Source of the DNA: Trichoplax sp. H2
Taxonomy: Eukaryota
Reading direction: 5' to 3'
Assembly: GCA_003344405.1 (NCBI GenBank)
Contig: NOWV01000012.1
Span: forward strand, 248,001-312,000
DNA: 64,000 nucleotides
Positions 15,901 to 28,228 of the stretch are shown one piece after another. Numbering within the stretch: the first letter of the stretch is position 1; each line of letters opens with the position of its first letter. Position numbers and translations under genes: made by a program. The notes under the pieces are model-generated. The model ran no database searches. It was not told where the DNA came from and worked only from the letters and a program-made list of their open reading frames with translations.

Positions 15901-18900
15901 TGCACCATATATTGATAATTTCTAACTATATTCTCTTAGTTAGCGATATTAATAGTAAATATTTTTGTCTGTGATAAAGGTTCAACGAATTCCACAATAC
16001 AACAGACTGCTTGGTGACTTGATAGAGAAAACATCCGAAGATCATCCAGACTATAAATATCTGATTGAAACCAAGGAACAAGTTAAACAGGTTGGTTTGA
16101 ATTACGTTATATTAAATTAATATGCTAATAACAGACTTGAATGTATCAATAACCCAAAATATTCTTCTATACCTTATCTTATCACTATATACTCGTCTAA
16201 TATCAGCATGCTATCTATAATCCATCATAAATAATCACCTTTTAGAATAGTTTTAATTCAACCACCTACTGTGTAATTCAATAAGTAAATATATCAAAGG
16301 TGTATTGTAATCATCATACTTCCTACCATTTTTTTCTTCATATCCTACTGTACCTGCTGTGAATATCTATACAGATGATAAGTGAACGTGAACAAGAAGT
16401 AAAAGCTGTTGAGAATGAGGTTAGCATTTTTTAAAACTCCCTTTTCGCTGACCACCTCATAAACATATAGAATTGTATTGTTCTAGCCTTAAATTGTAGC
16501 TCTATTGATGGAATCAATTATCAGCTGACAAATTTATTCTAATATTAGAAGGAATTTTACGGTCATTATGATGACATTGTAGAACATTTTTTAAACTATG
16601 CTTCGTGTCCACCTTTAGAAAATAAAATAAAATTTAATTACGTCTCTGTCGGAAATTCCATTCTAATATACTTAATTTTTCTCCTGTACCATATGAAGTA
16701 ATTTCTCGTAAATCTCATGAAGTATACTATAGCTTGAAATAGTTGTTTACTAGATTCGCAATAACTTTAATATACGAAACAGTAAATTAAAATAGAAACT
16801 TTACTAGTCGTCACGATGGAAAGTAAATATGTCGCTTACATGAAGGATATTGAATAGATATCTAGTCTACCCTATTGTCATATCGTTCTGCAATAGTCAT
16901 TATACTTATTATATTGGTTGCATGGTTGGATAGCAGTAATTAATGAATTCTTTTCTCTCTTTTTGCTATTATATTCTCGATATAATACAGTATAAGTTGA
17001 TACAAATACAAGAAAGATTTCCAAATGATCCACTTTACTTACTGGACGACAGGGTGGCTGTTGCCGAAATGGTAAGTTAACGATCGCTTAATCTCTTCAA
17101 TCCCCCCAAATTTTTTGAATCAAGTCGTATAAGCCAATCTAATAATTGCTGTTAGGAGTGAATTTTTTATATGGGTGCCTTATATTCTCTGTCAATCCCT
17201 GTCGTTGTATCTGTATTAATATCGATATTGATTGATGACAATTATGCAGCAATTTCATTTCTATCCTCCCTTCTACTCGTCTGAGAATCATCATAGTAAA
17301 TCTAGCATTCTCTTCAGTTTCTTAAGCATTAGCATGTCGCTACATTCTTTAGAAATTTAAATCAGGTTTGAAAATCTTTAAGTAGGGTGATAAAATGGTT
17401 TTAGTGCTTAGTAGAAAACGTTAACCTTCATCATTAAATGTTAAATAGCTGGCTACAACCATTTTTTATAAACTATTGATCGTACTGTACAACGTAATCA
17501 TAAAAAGGACTTAGATCTCTATCACTTAGATATTTATAGATTTATCAGTCATTAGTAGCCTCAAATAATTTTAACTTAATGTAAAGAGAATTTGATGCCT
17601 TAATTGCTTATTAAGGCCATTAAGCAGAGATCAGCTGCGGATCACATACATAGTTCGTCAATGCTTGCAAATTTAAATTGAAAATTATTCGTACCATTAA
17701 AATAAAAATTTATTACAATCCCTTCTTACCGCTATTAATTTCCGATTTTTCTGTTATTTACATCTACTATCGGGTTTCTGTAAAAATATATACAAACCTT
17801 ACTCATAGCTAGATAATTTTACGTACGACTATCAGGACACGATACGCTAAAATCAAGCGGAATTAAAGACAATCTTAGCAAACTTTTACTAATTGGTTAA
17901 ATTTTTTACTCCAAGGATTGATAATAATTGCTTATATTTATGAATACAACACAACTTTTACTCTAATAATTCATAATTTTAAATACTATTATCTTCTCGT
18001 TTATGTAATATTTAGAAATCGAAGTCGCATGCTCCTCGTCGACGATCAGCTCCAACTTTGTTCTTGAAACACAATATATCATTCAATAAGCATTCTGGTA
18101 GAAGTATTGCCAAGTAAGTTATTTTATTGCTTTTCGAAGACTTTATTGAAAAAAAATGACATTTTATAATATGCGTGACTTATTAAGGAACAAGTTAATT
18201 ACATGTAAAAGATGGATCACGTTAGTTATCATTTATTATAATAATACTACAGTAATTTATTTATGACATTAATATGAAATGTTTTTAATACAAATCACTT
18301 AGTAACTTATTTGGTATGACAGCGAACAATAAAGTACCCAGGCAATTTATTTATGAAGGTGTTGTTGATATGAATACGGTCAGTCAAATGAAAAATTACA
18401 AGATTCTATTTCCTTGTAATATTTTACCTATATTTGTGCTTCATCCATTAACCCAATTTCACATTTATTTGCAACTGCAGTATAACGTTTTATGGTTATC
18501 GAAATTTTGTATCTGGTCTTATTTAATTTTTAAACTATTACGTTGTAGGGGTTTCAAACAGTTCCACGCTATTTATTCCTATTAAATGATATTCTAATCA
18601 TAGCCAAACCAAAGTAAGTCAATGTCGTCGTATATAAATTTAATAATATATACGTGTATATATATATATATATTGTATTTTCGATGAGCTATTTATGCCT
18701 ACCTTCATTCTATTTTCGTCATTTTTATTACGAAACCTCAATTATTAGGGCTATAATTGATATCGCAACAGTTACAGTAAACCCTTTCTACATTTTTGTT
18801 GCAGAATAGTAAAAGAAGTAAATTAAATCTATTATAAAGATAATCTTTTACTTCCAAGTTTAAAATTGGCTATAATTCTATTTTATTCGTAAAATGATGG

Positions 18901-21900
18901 TTGCAGAAGTCAGAAGTGTTATACAGACTCAATTAGTGATTTAGAGTACAGATTTACCCACTGGTGACATATCGCCTTTCAAAAATAATCATTTCATTAT
19001 GACTATAAATTTAACTACAGAAAGCCATGCTTACCAGTATTGAATCGACGCATTTATTAATGACGTTGCCAGTTAGACGTTTTAGAAAACTATGCAATAC
19101 TATGTAATGACCATTATAGTTAGCGCTAATAAAATTATTTATAGCATTTATACAAGTCGCCATTGCTATTTTCAACAAATGCTACCATGAATTCCTGAAT
19201 CTTTGCATCAATTGTTCTACCGGTGTAGGGGTTCAACATTTAGATTGAAAAATTTAATTCGTGTTACTGATATTTGGCTATCGGAGTCATTCGATGATGT
19301 CTGTGAAGTAGTACAACATCCAGATAAGTCTTTCGTAATTGGATGGCCAATCGTAAATTACTTGGCAACTTTTTCCACAGTTGAAGAAAGGAATCTTTGG
19401 TTTCAATTATTATCGAAGTAATGTTTTTACACTGATAAAAAACAAAGCAACGACGACTGATTTCTATCTAAATTATATGATTTAAAAGAGTAGATGATAA
19501 CTCATTCATGAATATGACTTCTTTTTTCACCACGTAGGCAAATCGAAGAACAACAAGAATACGATGATCCAAAAGCGATATCCGCTACAATATCTCTAAG
19601 AATTTCGGAAATTAATCCTTCATTAAGAGATATTGTAAGCGAAATGATTATAATGTCTAATAATCTTCCTAAGTTATTAGTTTACACAGAAAGCAATCTA
19701 TAGCGTTTACTGTAATCTTGTCATTATGATATTAATTAATCAATCATCTTCACAAGTCCATCTATGTACTATGCAGACCTTTCGTCTCATTTTTAGCTTT
19801 ATATTTTACTGTAGACTATAATAAGATAGCAAACAAGATACTGCTAGTATTTAAAGATGATACCAACATTATTTTAAACTTCATGGCAGATATACGAAAT
19901 GTAATAATGTATTCGTATAAGGGTAGAATAGTTCCCAGAGTAGAATATACAGTAATAACAGTTTTACTTAACCTTTAACTCTAATTCATTTTTAAGGTAA
20001 CCAATATTAATATCACGAATAAAGATGATGTACACTTTGCAATAAAAGAATGTTTAAAGGAGTCACAGTTAGAGGTATTTACAAATTAACAATTATTCAA
20101 TTCTGATTACAAGGCGTTTAAAGTTACGAAGCGGAATAAGATTAACTTCTTACTTCTTTTCTATTTTAAAGATGACCAAAACGCTTTCTCAGCAATTATG
20201 GATTATAACCAATAAAGAAGACGTACTCAATACTCCATTGATTGGTAAATGTTTCCATTTCCGCACAACTGTCACAGCAATGATGACTTAACTGTTGTTT
20301 CCTCTTGCGAACTTTAATATACGCAATTGCAATACAAAAATCTCGTTTAAGTATTTCTTGATAAACTCTGATATAAGCTTAACTCTATATTTTCCCTAAT
20401 TTATAGGCCATGAACGTCTTTATGCCATTAAATGTTTTTCTTTACGAGAAGGACAAGAAAATAATGGATTAGATGGTGTTCTTGAGACAAAAAACACCCA
20501 CGATTCAGAACTACAGTTTGTTATCAGATTCAGAAAGGGTGCTAAAATATCAGCCTTAGGTCAGTGATTTTATGATCCACTAATAGATAGACATATTTCA
20601 TATTCTATAAAACTTCAATTTTATTTGCTAAAAAATAACATTTTACTTGATTTCACTATAAAAATTAACCGGTTATAATTCCTACAGATATCAAGAAAAA
20701 AGGCTTAAGTAAACGTGTGGTAGTGCAATGGCTAAAACATTCAACAGGTAGTATTAAAAATTCATCACCATCAAAAAATCAAGAACCGTTAGCAGAGAAA
20801 GCATCTGGAAGGTAGAATAGAATTAATTTATCAAGCTTATATTACTTTATAAAGTATAGTGGAGGTTTTATTTGACTGGATAGTCATTTATTTTATCGCT
20901 TTCCTCTTATCTAAAGGATATTTGGGGTTCCACTAGAAAAGCTAATTCAAGATGATACATTACCAAAACCTCTCATGGTAATTACGATATGGTCTTCATA
21001 AAAATTATGTCGAAATTATTTACATCCAGACTTAAATTTTCATGTAACTATAGTACGAAATATCAATTCCATTGCTACTTACTAAAATCTTTACGCCCTT
21101 CTTGCTATAGGGAATGCTGCAACAGCTTTCTATTTATGGTCCGACGACAATAGGAGTGTTTCGTAGATCTGCTAATGTTAAAATTATTCGTGAACTACGA
21201 GGATTAATTGAAAGTGGTAAGTCGATTGATAAAACTTGTTCTGAATCACAGTTTGTAAGAGATCGTTATTCCCGCATACTGTATTGATCTAGTATATACC
21301 TTTTAAGTGGCTCTTTGAAATTAGAAAGAGTATTTCATTCATTATATTATAATTTAATGTTGCACTAAAAGTCGCTGGATCTTTTAGTAGTATTTCACAG
21401 ACTTAATTAATTGAAATTGTTATGGTAGCAGTATATAATCGGTTTAATAGACTGCGGCTATGTTGCTATGTCTACAATGTTTAAATTATAGACTGTATAC
21501 GGTTTGGTAGGCTTTGATAAGCTTTATGCATCTTTGATTATACCTGGTTTTAAACATTTTTATTAGCGTGTACCTAATAATTTAGTTTGTAATTGGGATG
21601 ACTTAATCGTTACACTAGCTCTGGCTAGTTTTTGGAGCTATAAATAATTAACTTTAAATGCAAAGCATAGATCCACTTTCATCAGTCTAGGTGCATTATA
21701 CATACTATGATCAGCTAGTTACGAATAAAGTCATATTAACTTTCTCATTACTGAAAAAGGTATGGATATTCTTTATGAAAATCATCAAGTTTTGGTTTTG
21801 GCAGCATTGTTAAAGGTTATTATTATTACTAATTGATCTTTTAAGATTTGCGAATTTTTACGACCACTTCGATATCACTTAACGTAAAGATTTTTAATCG

Positions 21901-24174
21901 ACATAAAAATTCGAATAGTTCACAGAAGTAATTTAATTTGTACTCAGTATAGTTATATACTTTAAGTTATAGTTAATGTGATACTAACTAGAATTTTAAT
22001 TTTTCCAGTGTGTTTAGTTTGATCAAAAATTGCGGATAACAGTAGATGTAACTAACATATTTTCTGTATATATTAAATCAGGAATTTTTACTGTCTCTAC
22101 CCCAACCTGTTTTCGATATTAATTTATTCGAAGAATATCTTATTACAAATAAAATCGAAGATAAGGAAGAAAGAATTAATGCTACGAAAACGTGAGACTT
22201 GATAATAATTAAATAGGAAAGGATAAAAGATTTGTTTATGGAAAAAATTTTCATAATAGAATACTAAACGTGGAATATTTGAATACTTCTCGATACTTTC
22301 GGTGTATATTCTCATAATTTATTTACTTAGTAGTAATTTGCAATTCAATGATTTGTTAGAATATGGCTTACTCTGGTGTTGAATTAGAGCATTTATAAAA
22401 ATATTAAATAGAGTACTTGATTAAAATTTTAAGAATACACTTACTGTATAGAAATACTTTATCTACTGGGAATAGAATTTTATTTCATAATCTCTTACAG
22501 CTAAAGGTTAAAATTTTCTTCCTTTTACATCATTCATTTTAACATGCTATATTAATGAACTATAGGGTATTGCAAAAACAACGAGAGAATTCCAAGGCAG
22601 CTACTGTGTTATTGAATTCTATCTTCTGTGTCTTAAATCGAATACTTGCTCATTGTGAAGAAAATAATATGAATGCCTATAATTTAACGGTGTGCATCTC
22701 GTCAAGTATGATGTGGCCTAAAGATTTAAATATAGCACACCAACGTCGTGATGATATCGTGGAATTTTTTCAATTTTTATTGGAGAATTGTCAAGAGATC
22801 TTAGGTGAAGAGATGCAAGGGTCATTAGGTGATGCTGAACGACCGGTACGACATAAATTAAATCGAAGGAAAGCCGTATCATGCGGTGATGCCTACACTC
22901 TAGATGAGAATGAAGATAGTTCTAATCCAAGTTCAAGTCTTAAATCAATCTGCGATAACCTTGGCCGACGTATAGCTAACGCAGATACTTGCGGTAGCCA
23001 TGATTCAGGCATTGCCAATAGTGATTTATCACATCTAGGATTAGAGAACGATGACAATAGTCAAGGGGATAACGGTAGTATTGCTACATCGGATTCCTCT
23101 GGCGGTCAAGAAATTTCAACAATACAAGAGAAACCACACAACGGTTCAGGTTTTGGAGGTATTGAGAGGCATGAAACTAGATATGGGCGTTTTATTAAAA
23201 ATATATATCAAGGAAATAAGCAAAAAGGTGAAAAAATACGTGACAGTCGGAGTGCTTTTGCAAGTAATAATAAAAAGAACAATAATACCAATAGTCCATT
23301 CTTAAATAAAACTCGAAGAAATGGACGCCCTCGACCACGAGATGATTCTGCATGTAGTGAAGATAGTATTGCTAGTAGTGCTGTGAGCGGAAGCCTTAGT
23401 AAAGATAGCCAAATGGATGAAGGTCAACTATCACAATCAACATCATTAGAATCAACGCGTCCTAAAATGGTTGCTATATCCAGGCATCAAAGTACCCCGT
23501 CAAAAGGACGTAGAATTGGTGGTATTATCATGAAAAAGCTACGCAATAATTCACTTGGTGATGGTGAAGAATATTCATCATCGCCAGTACCCCAGCATAA
23601 ATCTTCTTTAGGCAATAACAGCGACGAAAGTGATAGTACATTTGATTCGAAATTGAAATCACGCTTTGCCTATGGTATGAAATCCAACAAGAAGTCACAG
23701 GATCATGAAAATGACCTATCGTCGTCAACACCTTGTTCTCCATTAAAGAAAGAGTTTGATTCACACGAATTAATATCAAGTGGATCACAACCTGATTTTA
23801 ATAAATTATTCGGTGGAGATGGATCAAAATTAGATTTGCCAATAAAAGAGGATACAATATCAAATTATTCAAAAAGTTCCTCTTCACCAATTGACATTCG
23901 TCCTTCTAGAAGTTATCCTGACTATCGACATGGTTTAACTGAAAGTCATAGTGATTCACACCTGATTAGTTCATCGTTGGATCAGAGTATCATTCCTGTT
24001 GGATCATTACGTAAAGTTGGTACATTTCCAAATGAGGTAGCTATTAGCAATCAGTCATCACTACCGGATATAAATAATCGAGATCGAGGAGGAAATGATT
24101 CAATGGGAAAAGTGTCACCTATAACCAGGGATAAATTTTTGAAAATGAGTTTTACTGAAGAAGAATTTGTTTAA
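3901..24174 (+). CDS. ARHGAP20: ARHGAP20-like Rho regulator with extra N-terminal Raf-like RBD and DH (RhoGEF) domains: RBD-DH-PH-RA-RhoGAP plus Ser-rich tail, ~1306 aa, 24 coding exons
   Basis: Phase-consistent GT-AG exons: 3901-4077, 9193-9388, 10806-10908, 11053-11140, 12671-12716, 13316-13391, 14160-14262, 15980-16090, 16375-16419, 16991-17071, 18016-18113, 18303-18378, 18549-18613, 19229-19417, 19538-19634, 19997-20074, 20172-20244, 20407-20559, 20688-20811, 20917-20977, 21111-21216, 21760-21815, 22082-22191, 22566-24174. Motifs: RBD IKAILPDG..GMRV..LNGEEISIE; DH LLFSEELY and LESLLLAPVQRIPQY..EDHPDY; ARHGAP20-type RRRSAP, SFVIGWPIVNYLATFS and PLIGHE; GAP FGVPLE, GVFRRSAN and NNMNAYNL. 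Confidence 0.85.
11545..11605. repeat. GC-rich hairpin in ARHGAP20-like intron 4
   Basis: GTCGTGGAA (11557-11565) pairs with TTCCACGAC (11586-11594). Inner stem is GGAGTG/CATTCC after a C bulge; outer pairing is TTCGT/GCGAA. Confidence 0.6.
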
Positions 24175-27100
24175 ATTAAAATAAATGCTTAAGAACTTTT
24201 CATCATAAATTTTTTAAACCTGATTTCTGTTTTATTAGTTGTACATTTTATAACATCTAACATAGGCTATTTGAAATTTAGACTTTAATATCCATATTCA
24301 TTGAACTTACTGAACCATATAATGGTATCAATATCTGGAAAGAATATGAAGCGATTAATTTTTAAAGTTATCTTCTGCATTGTCTTTTTAATATCGTATA
24401 TACGAATATATGTAATGTATAGTATGTTTACATAAAATTATATACTACAACAGTAGTAATACATGTTTAGTGTAGCTATTTCTATTTGCATTATCTCAAT
24501 TAGTTGCAACTTATACATAACACTATCATAGGTTCATCATGAAGAAGAATTGGTTATGTAGAAAAATTCGTAAAAATAAACTGCAATATTCTAAAATGAT
24601 GTCTATGAAAGAAAATAATATCCGTGTTTCAATATAACAATTATTGATCAACTTAGCTATTATGGCAATAAATTATTTGTCAGCTAAGATTTTTTAATTA
24701 CCTAATGATCATTGTACCGCAGCAGTTTATTATACATGATGTTTTCACAAGTTGTTGCTTATTTATAAATGTAGAAGATATATGTATATAGTTTGACTAT
24801 GCATGAAGAATAGTAAAAAAATTTCAATGTTGCTGTTATTATTGAATATCGATTTACATACTTGATCCTATGTCATAATTGAATGCTTATTTCTACAATT
24901 GCAGTATAATGCTTCTTGTTTTAAAATGAAGAATACTAAGTATGTGTAGGGATAAATTACGTATTAATTTCATTTTTATCGTCTTAAATTTAATAATTTT
25001 GCCGAACTACGTCGTATATAAATATTCCAACACAATCTGGTAATATCTATGAGAATTATTGAAAAGTTAGAGTTACTTATTAAAGATTGTGCTCTTCGTT
25101 TTGTATTCTTCTCGTCGCTTTCTTTATTCAATATTTACTGTTAAACAAAGGGTATACATAGCTAAATTCTATCTCAATATACTATTTGAAAGAGTTCGCA
25201 TAATATAGTGAAGGGAATAGTGCTTAATATCATTTTTCCGTATTTTCCCTCTTCTTTTAAATAATTATTACTGTTATTAGGCTTATAGAGCGCATGCTGC
25301 CTAGTCGTGTCGATTAAAATGTACCCAATGTCACTGTTGATAATGCATTCAGCAATTCTTTTTTCTTTTTCTTTTTAAATATTAATCTCTATTAGATACA
25401 AGGTAATTTGCAATGTATATATCTAATATTAAAGAGTATAATATGGTAATTGAAATGTTATTATATTTTTCATTTCATTTTCTATTATATAAACTTAATC
25501 CTTAACATCTTATTTTGGTATCTAATTAGAAATATGTAACAGGACTAGATGTAATAATTTATGTCTTAAATTCATCGTTTACAAATAAACAACGTTCATT
25601 TCAAATTGATTGTTACAATGGCAATTACTGTCCATAGCTATTAGTAAACTTTGCTACTTTCATAGTCAATGCGCAAGAAAATTTTCTGTTAGTATAGTAA
25701 CAAATACTTGATTAGAATCAATTAGATTGAATTTAATAATTCATTATCCTGTTTCTAACTTATTATAAAGTAGGCTCAGCCCTTTCTAATGTTTGGATAG
25801 GATTTGTATTGCATAGATATCTGGTATAAAATTGCTATTATCAGCTAACAATACTAGCTTTAAAATAATTTAATTGTATTTATTAATTTTGATGCAGTTG
25901 TTCATGATCCAATCTTTAACTATTCCTCAAGTAGGCTCAATTGTTCTTTATATCAATTATTCTTCATGTGGTGATCCATGGATAGCTAGATATTTAAGGA
26001 AATATCTAGCGAATATCTAGCAGCTAGCAACTCGTGATTTATGCATTTTACCTTACATACATCCAGCCCAGTAAGTGGATCTGTTATCAATTTTTTCCTC
26101 TTACAGCTATTACTTAGTAGAGCACTGATATAAAATCGCAACAACGTTATATTGTAATTGTCATTTGCGATACCTTGCGTAATAAACTATACTGTTTTCG
26201 CTTATCAAATTAGATTTCTTCAGTTACATTTGAATTGAATTATTATGTTTAGTCCTAGAATGAGAACTTTCAAATTTTAGCATTTTATTAAATCTCGTTT
26301 GTACTGTAGCTCTAAGCTAAATTAAGTAAAGAGATTAAATCATATGATATTATTTTCGATATTTTTAGAAAGATTTCCTGTAATTTTATGCCTAATAAGA
26401 TGAATAGTAGATCTTTTCCGTCTTAAAAGGCGATATTTCGTCTATTATTTTAGTAATAAACATTGCAGGTTTATTTTCACGTTGCTTAATAAATCGTAAT
26501 AGTTCTCAACTGTAGAAGCTCTATTTTTAGACGTTATTCGAAAATTTTGAATCGACTAAAATTAATTAACGAATGTTAAGTAGATTGCACTTGATAATTG
26601 AAATTAGTGATAATGATTCTATAATGCCATAATCTGAGTTAAATGATAATTAGCTTAATAATTGATTGCTAATCAGTATGTATTTCTATGATCAAATAAC
26701 ATATAACAGATTTTAAATAGCATCAAATCTTCAAAATACTTAAATTACAGCAGTAAATTTATTATAGACTTGATTTAATATAGATCTGCACCAATTTTGA
26801 ACTTTTGAGCATATTACATAATTTTCACTCTATTACATCATCTTTGCAAGAATAAAAGACCAACTAAAATTAGCTAATTAAAGGGATATCGCGAAATATT
26901 TTAGTAGTGCAACGATTCTTTAATACTATAAGCCATAATTAGCAGTGGTACTATTGAATTTTGCAAAAGATACCGACACTGTATTGACTACTATGACTAA
27001 TAATACTTAAAATAATACTTAAATATCGATTTAATATCATTAGTTAATGTGCAGACGAGTTAACGAATAAGAACCATTTCTGCTACTGCATTTACTACAC

Positions 27101-28228
27101 TCTATCCATTTATCATACTAGGGCGTTTTGAAGTTGATTTACTATTAATACCGATTCAATATCAACTATTAGTTTTGCATTGAAATTCGGATTTTGCAGG
27201 ATAACCTTTTAATACTTTTGCTTTTGATATTTAACACTAATAAATAAATCATATTCTATTAATGCCATTTTTAATATTGAGTTTGTATCATTTGTAAGAT
27301 AGACATTGCCGTATCAAGGATCTAGTTGATAATTAATCGTTATATTGTACGGGTAAGAATATCGTATATGATAATATATAGCTGTATTAGATGTAGCTGC
27401 TATAATATTAACCATAATATACTAAACTTTCCAAATACTCGTATATATAAATACCGCTCAGCATTGCTACAGAGATGAAGTATAATTAAATCATGAGGAC
27501 CTCGTAAAATATGACTATATAGATTAAATCATGGCTCTGATCGATTGTTAAATGCCTGAATTTCTATGAACTTTAAACTTATTAAGTGAGACTGCTACTT
27601 CATGTCAGAAAATTGTCATTTGATTAGCATGAGAACATGATTTAGTTCAGTTGCAACCGACTCTAAGAATCACTGTAACTTATACGGACTAACGGTGGCA
27701 GGCATTCAGAGTTTAGTTTTAATTGAGGGGGTCAAACATTCAATTACCTAACGGATTGCATCTAAAGCGTACATTACTAGTTAAAAGTAGTCTTCCTCTA
27801 TTCGTAACCAAATCATTTCGTATTTTCACTATTTATTTATTTCATAGTTAAATAGCATAATCTATAGAGGTGTTTATTATTTATATATTTAATCAATATG
27901 AATAAAAGTATGTTAAAGGGTTACTCTTATCTAAAAAATATACAGTAAATACATGTACTGAAGTATAAATATCGAATTACTGTAGGTCTCATGTGAGACT
28001 AATCTTACAGTTTAATAAATGCGACAATAAGAAATATTCTGTAGCAATGCATACAACTTGTATAAAGTGAACATGAGCTGCAACGGAAATTATATATATG
28101 AGCCTAAAAATTCTTAATGGGCATTAATGCGGCATAAATCCCATATCGAGTTACTGTTTATCATAATGAGTTCGAAATCGAAATGTTTAGGAGTCATAAA
28201 TAAATAAATAAAACATCTGTTAATGAAA

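Noticed and set aside
25985-26010. 11-bp perfect hairpin GCTAGATATTT-AAGG-AAATATCTAGC
   Set aside because: It is short, AT-rich and followed by a direct repeat of one arm, so it is most simply a local template-switch product with no evidence of function.
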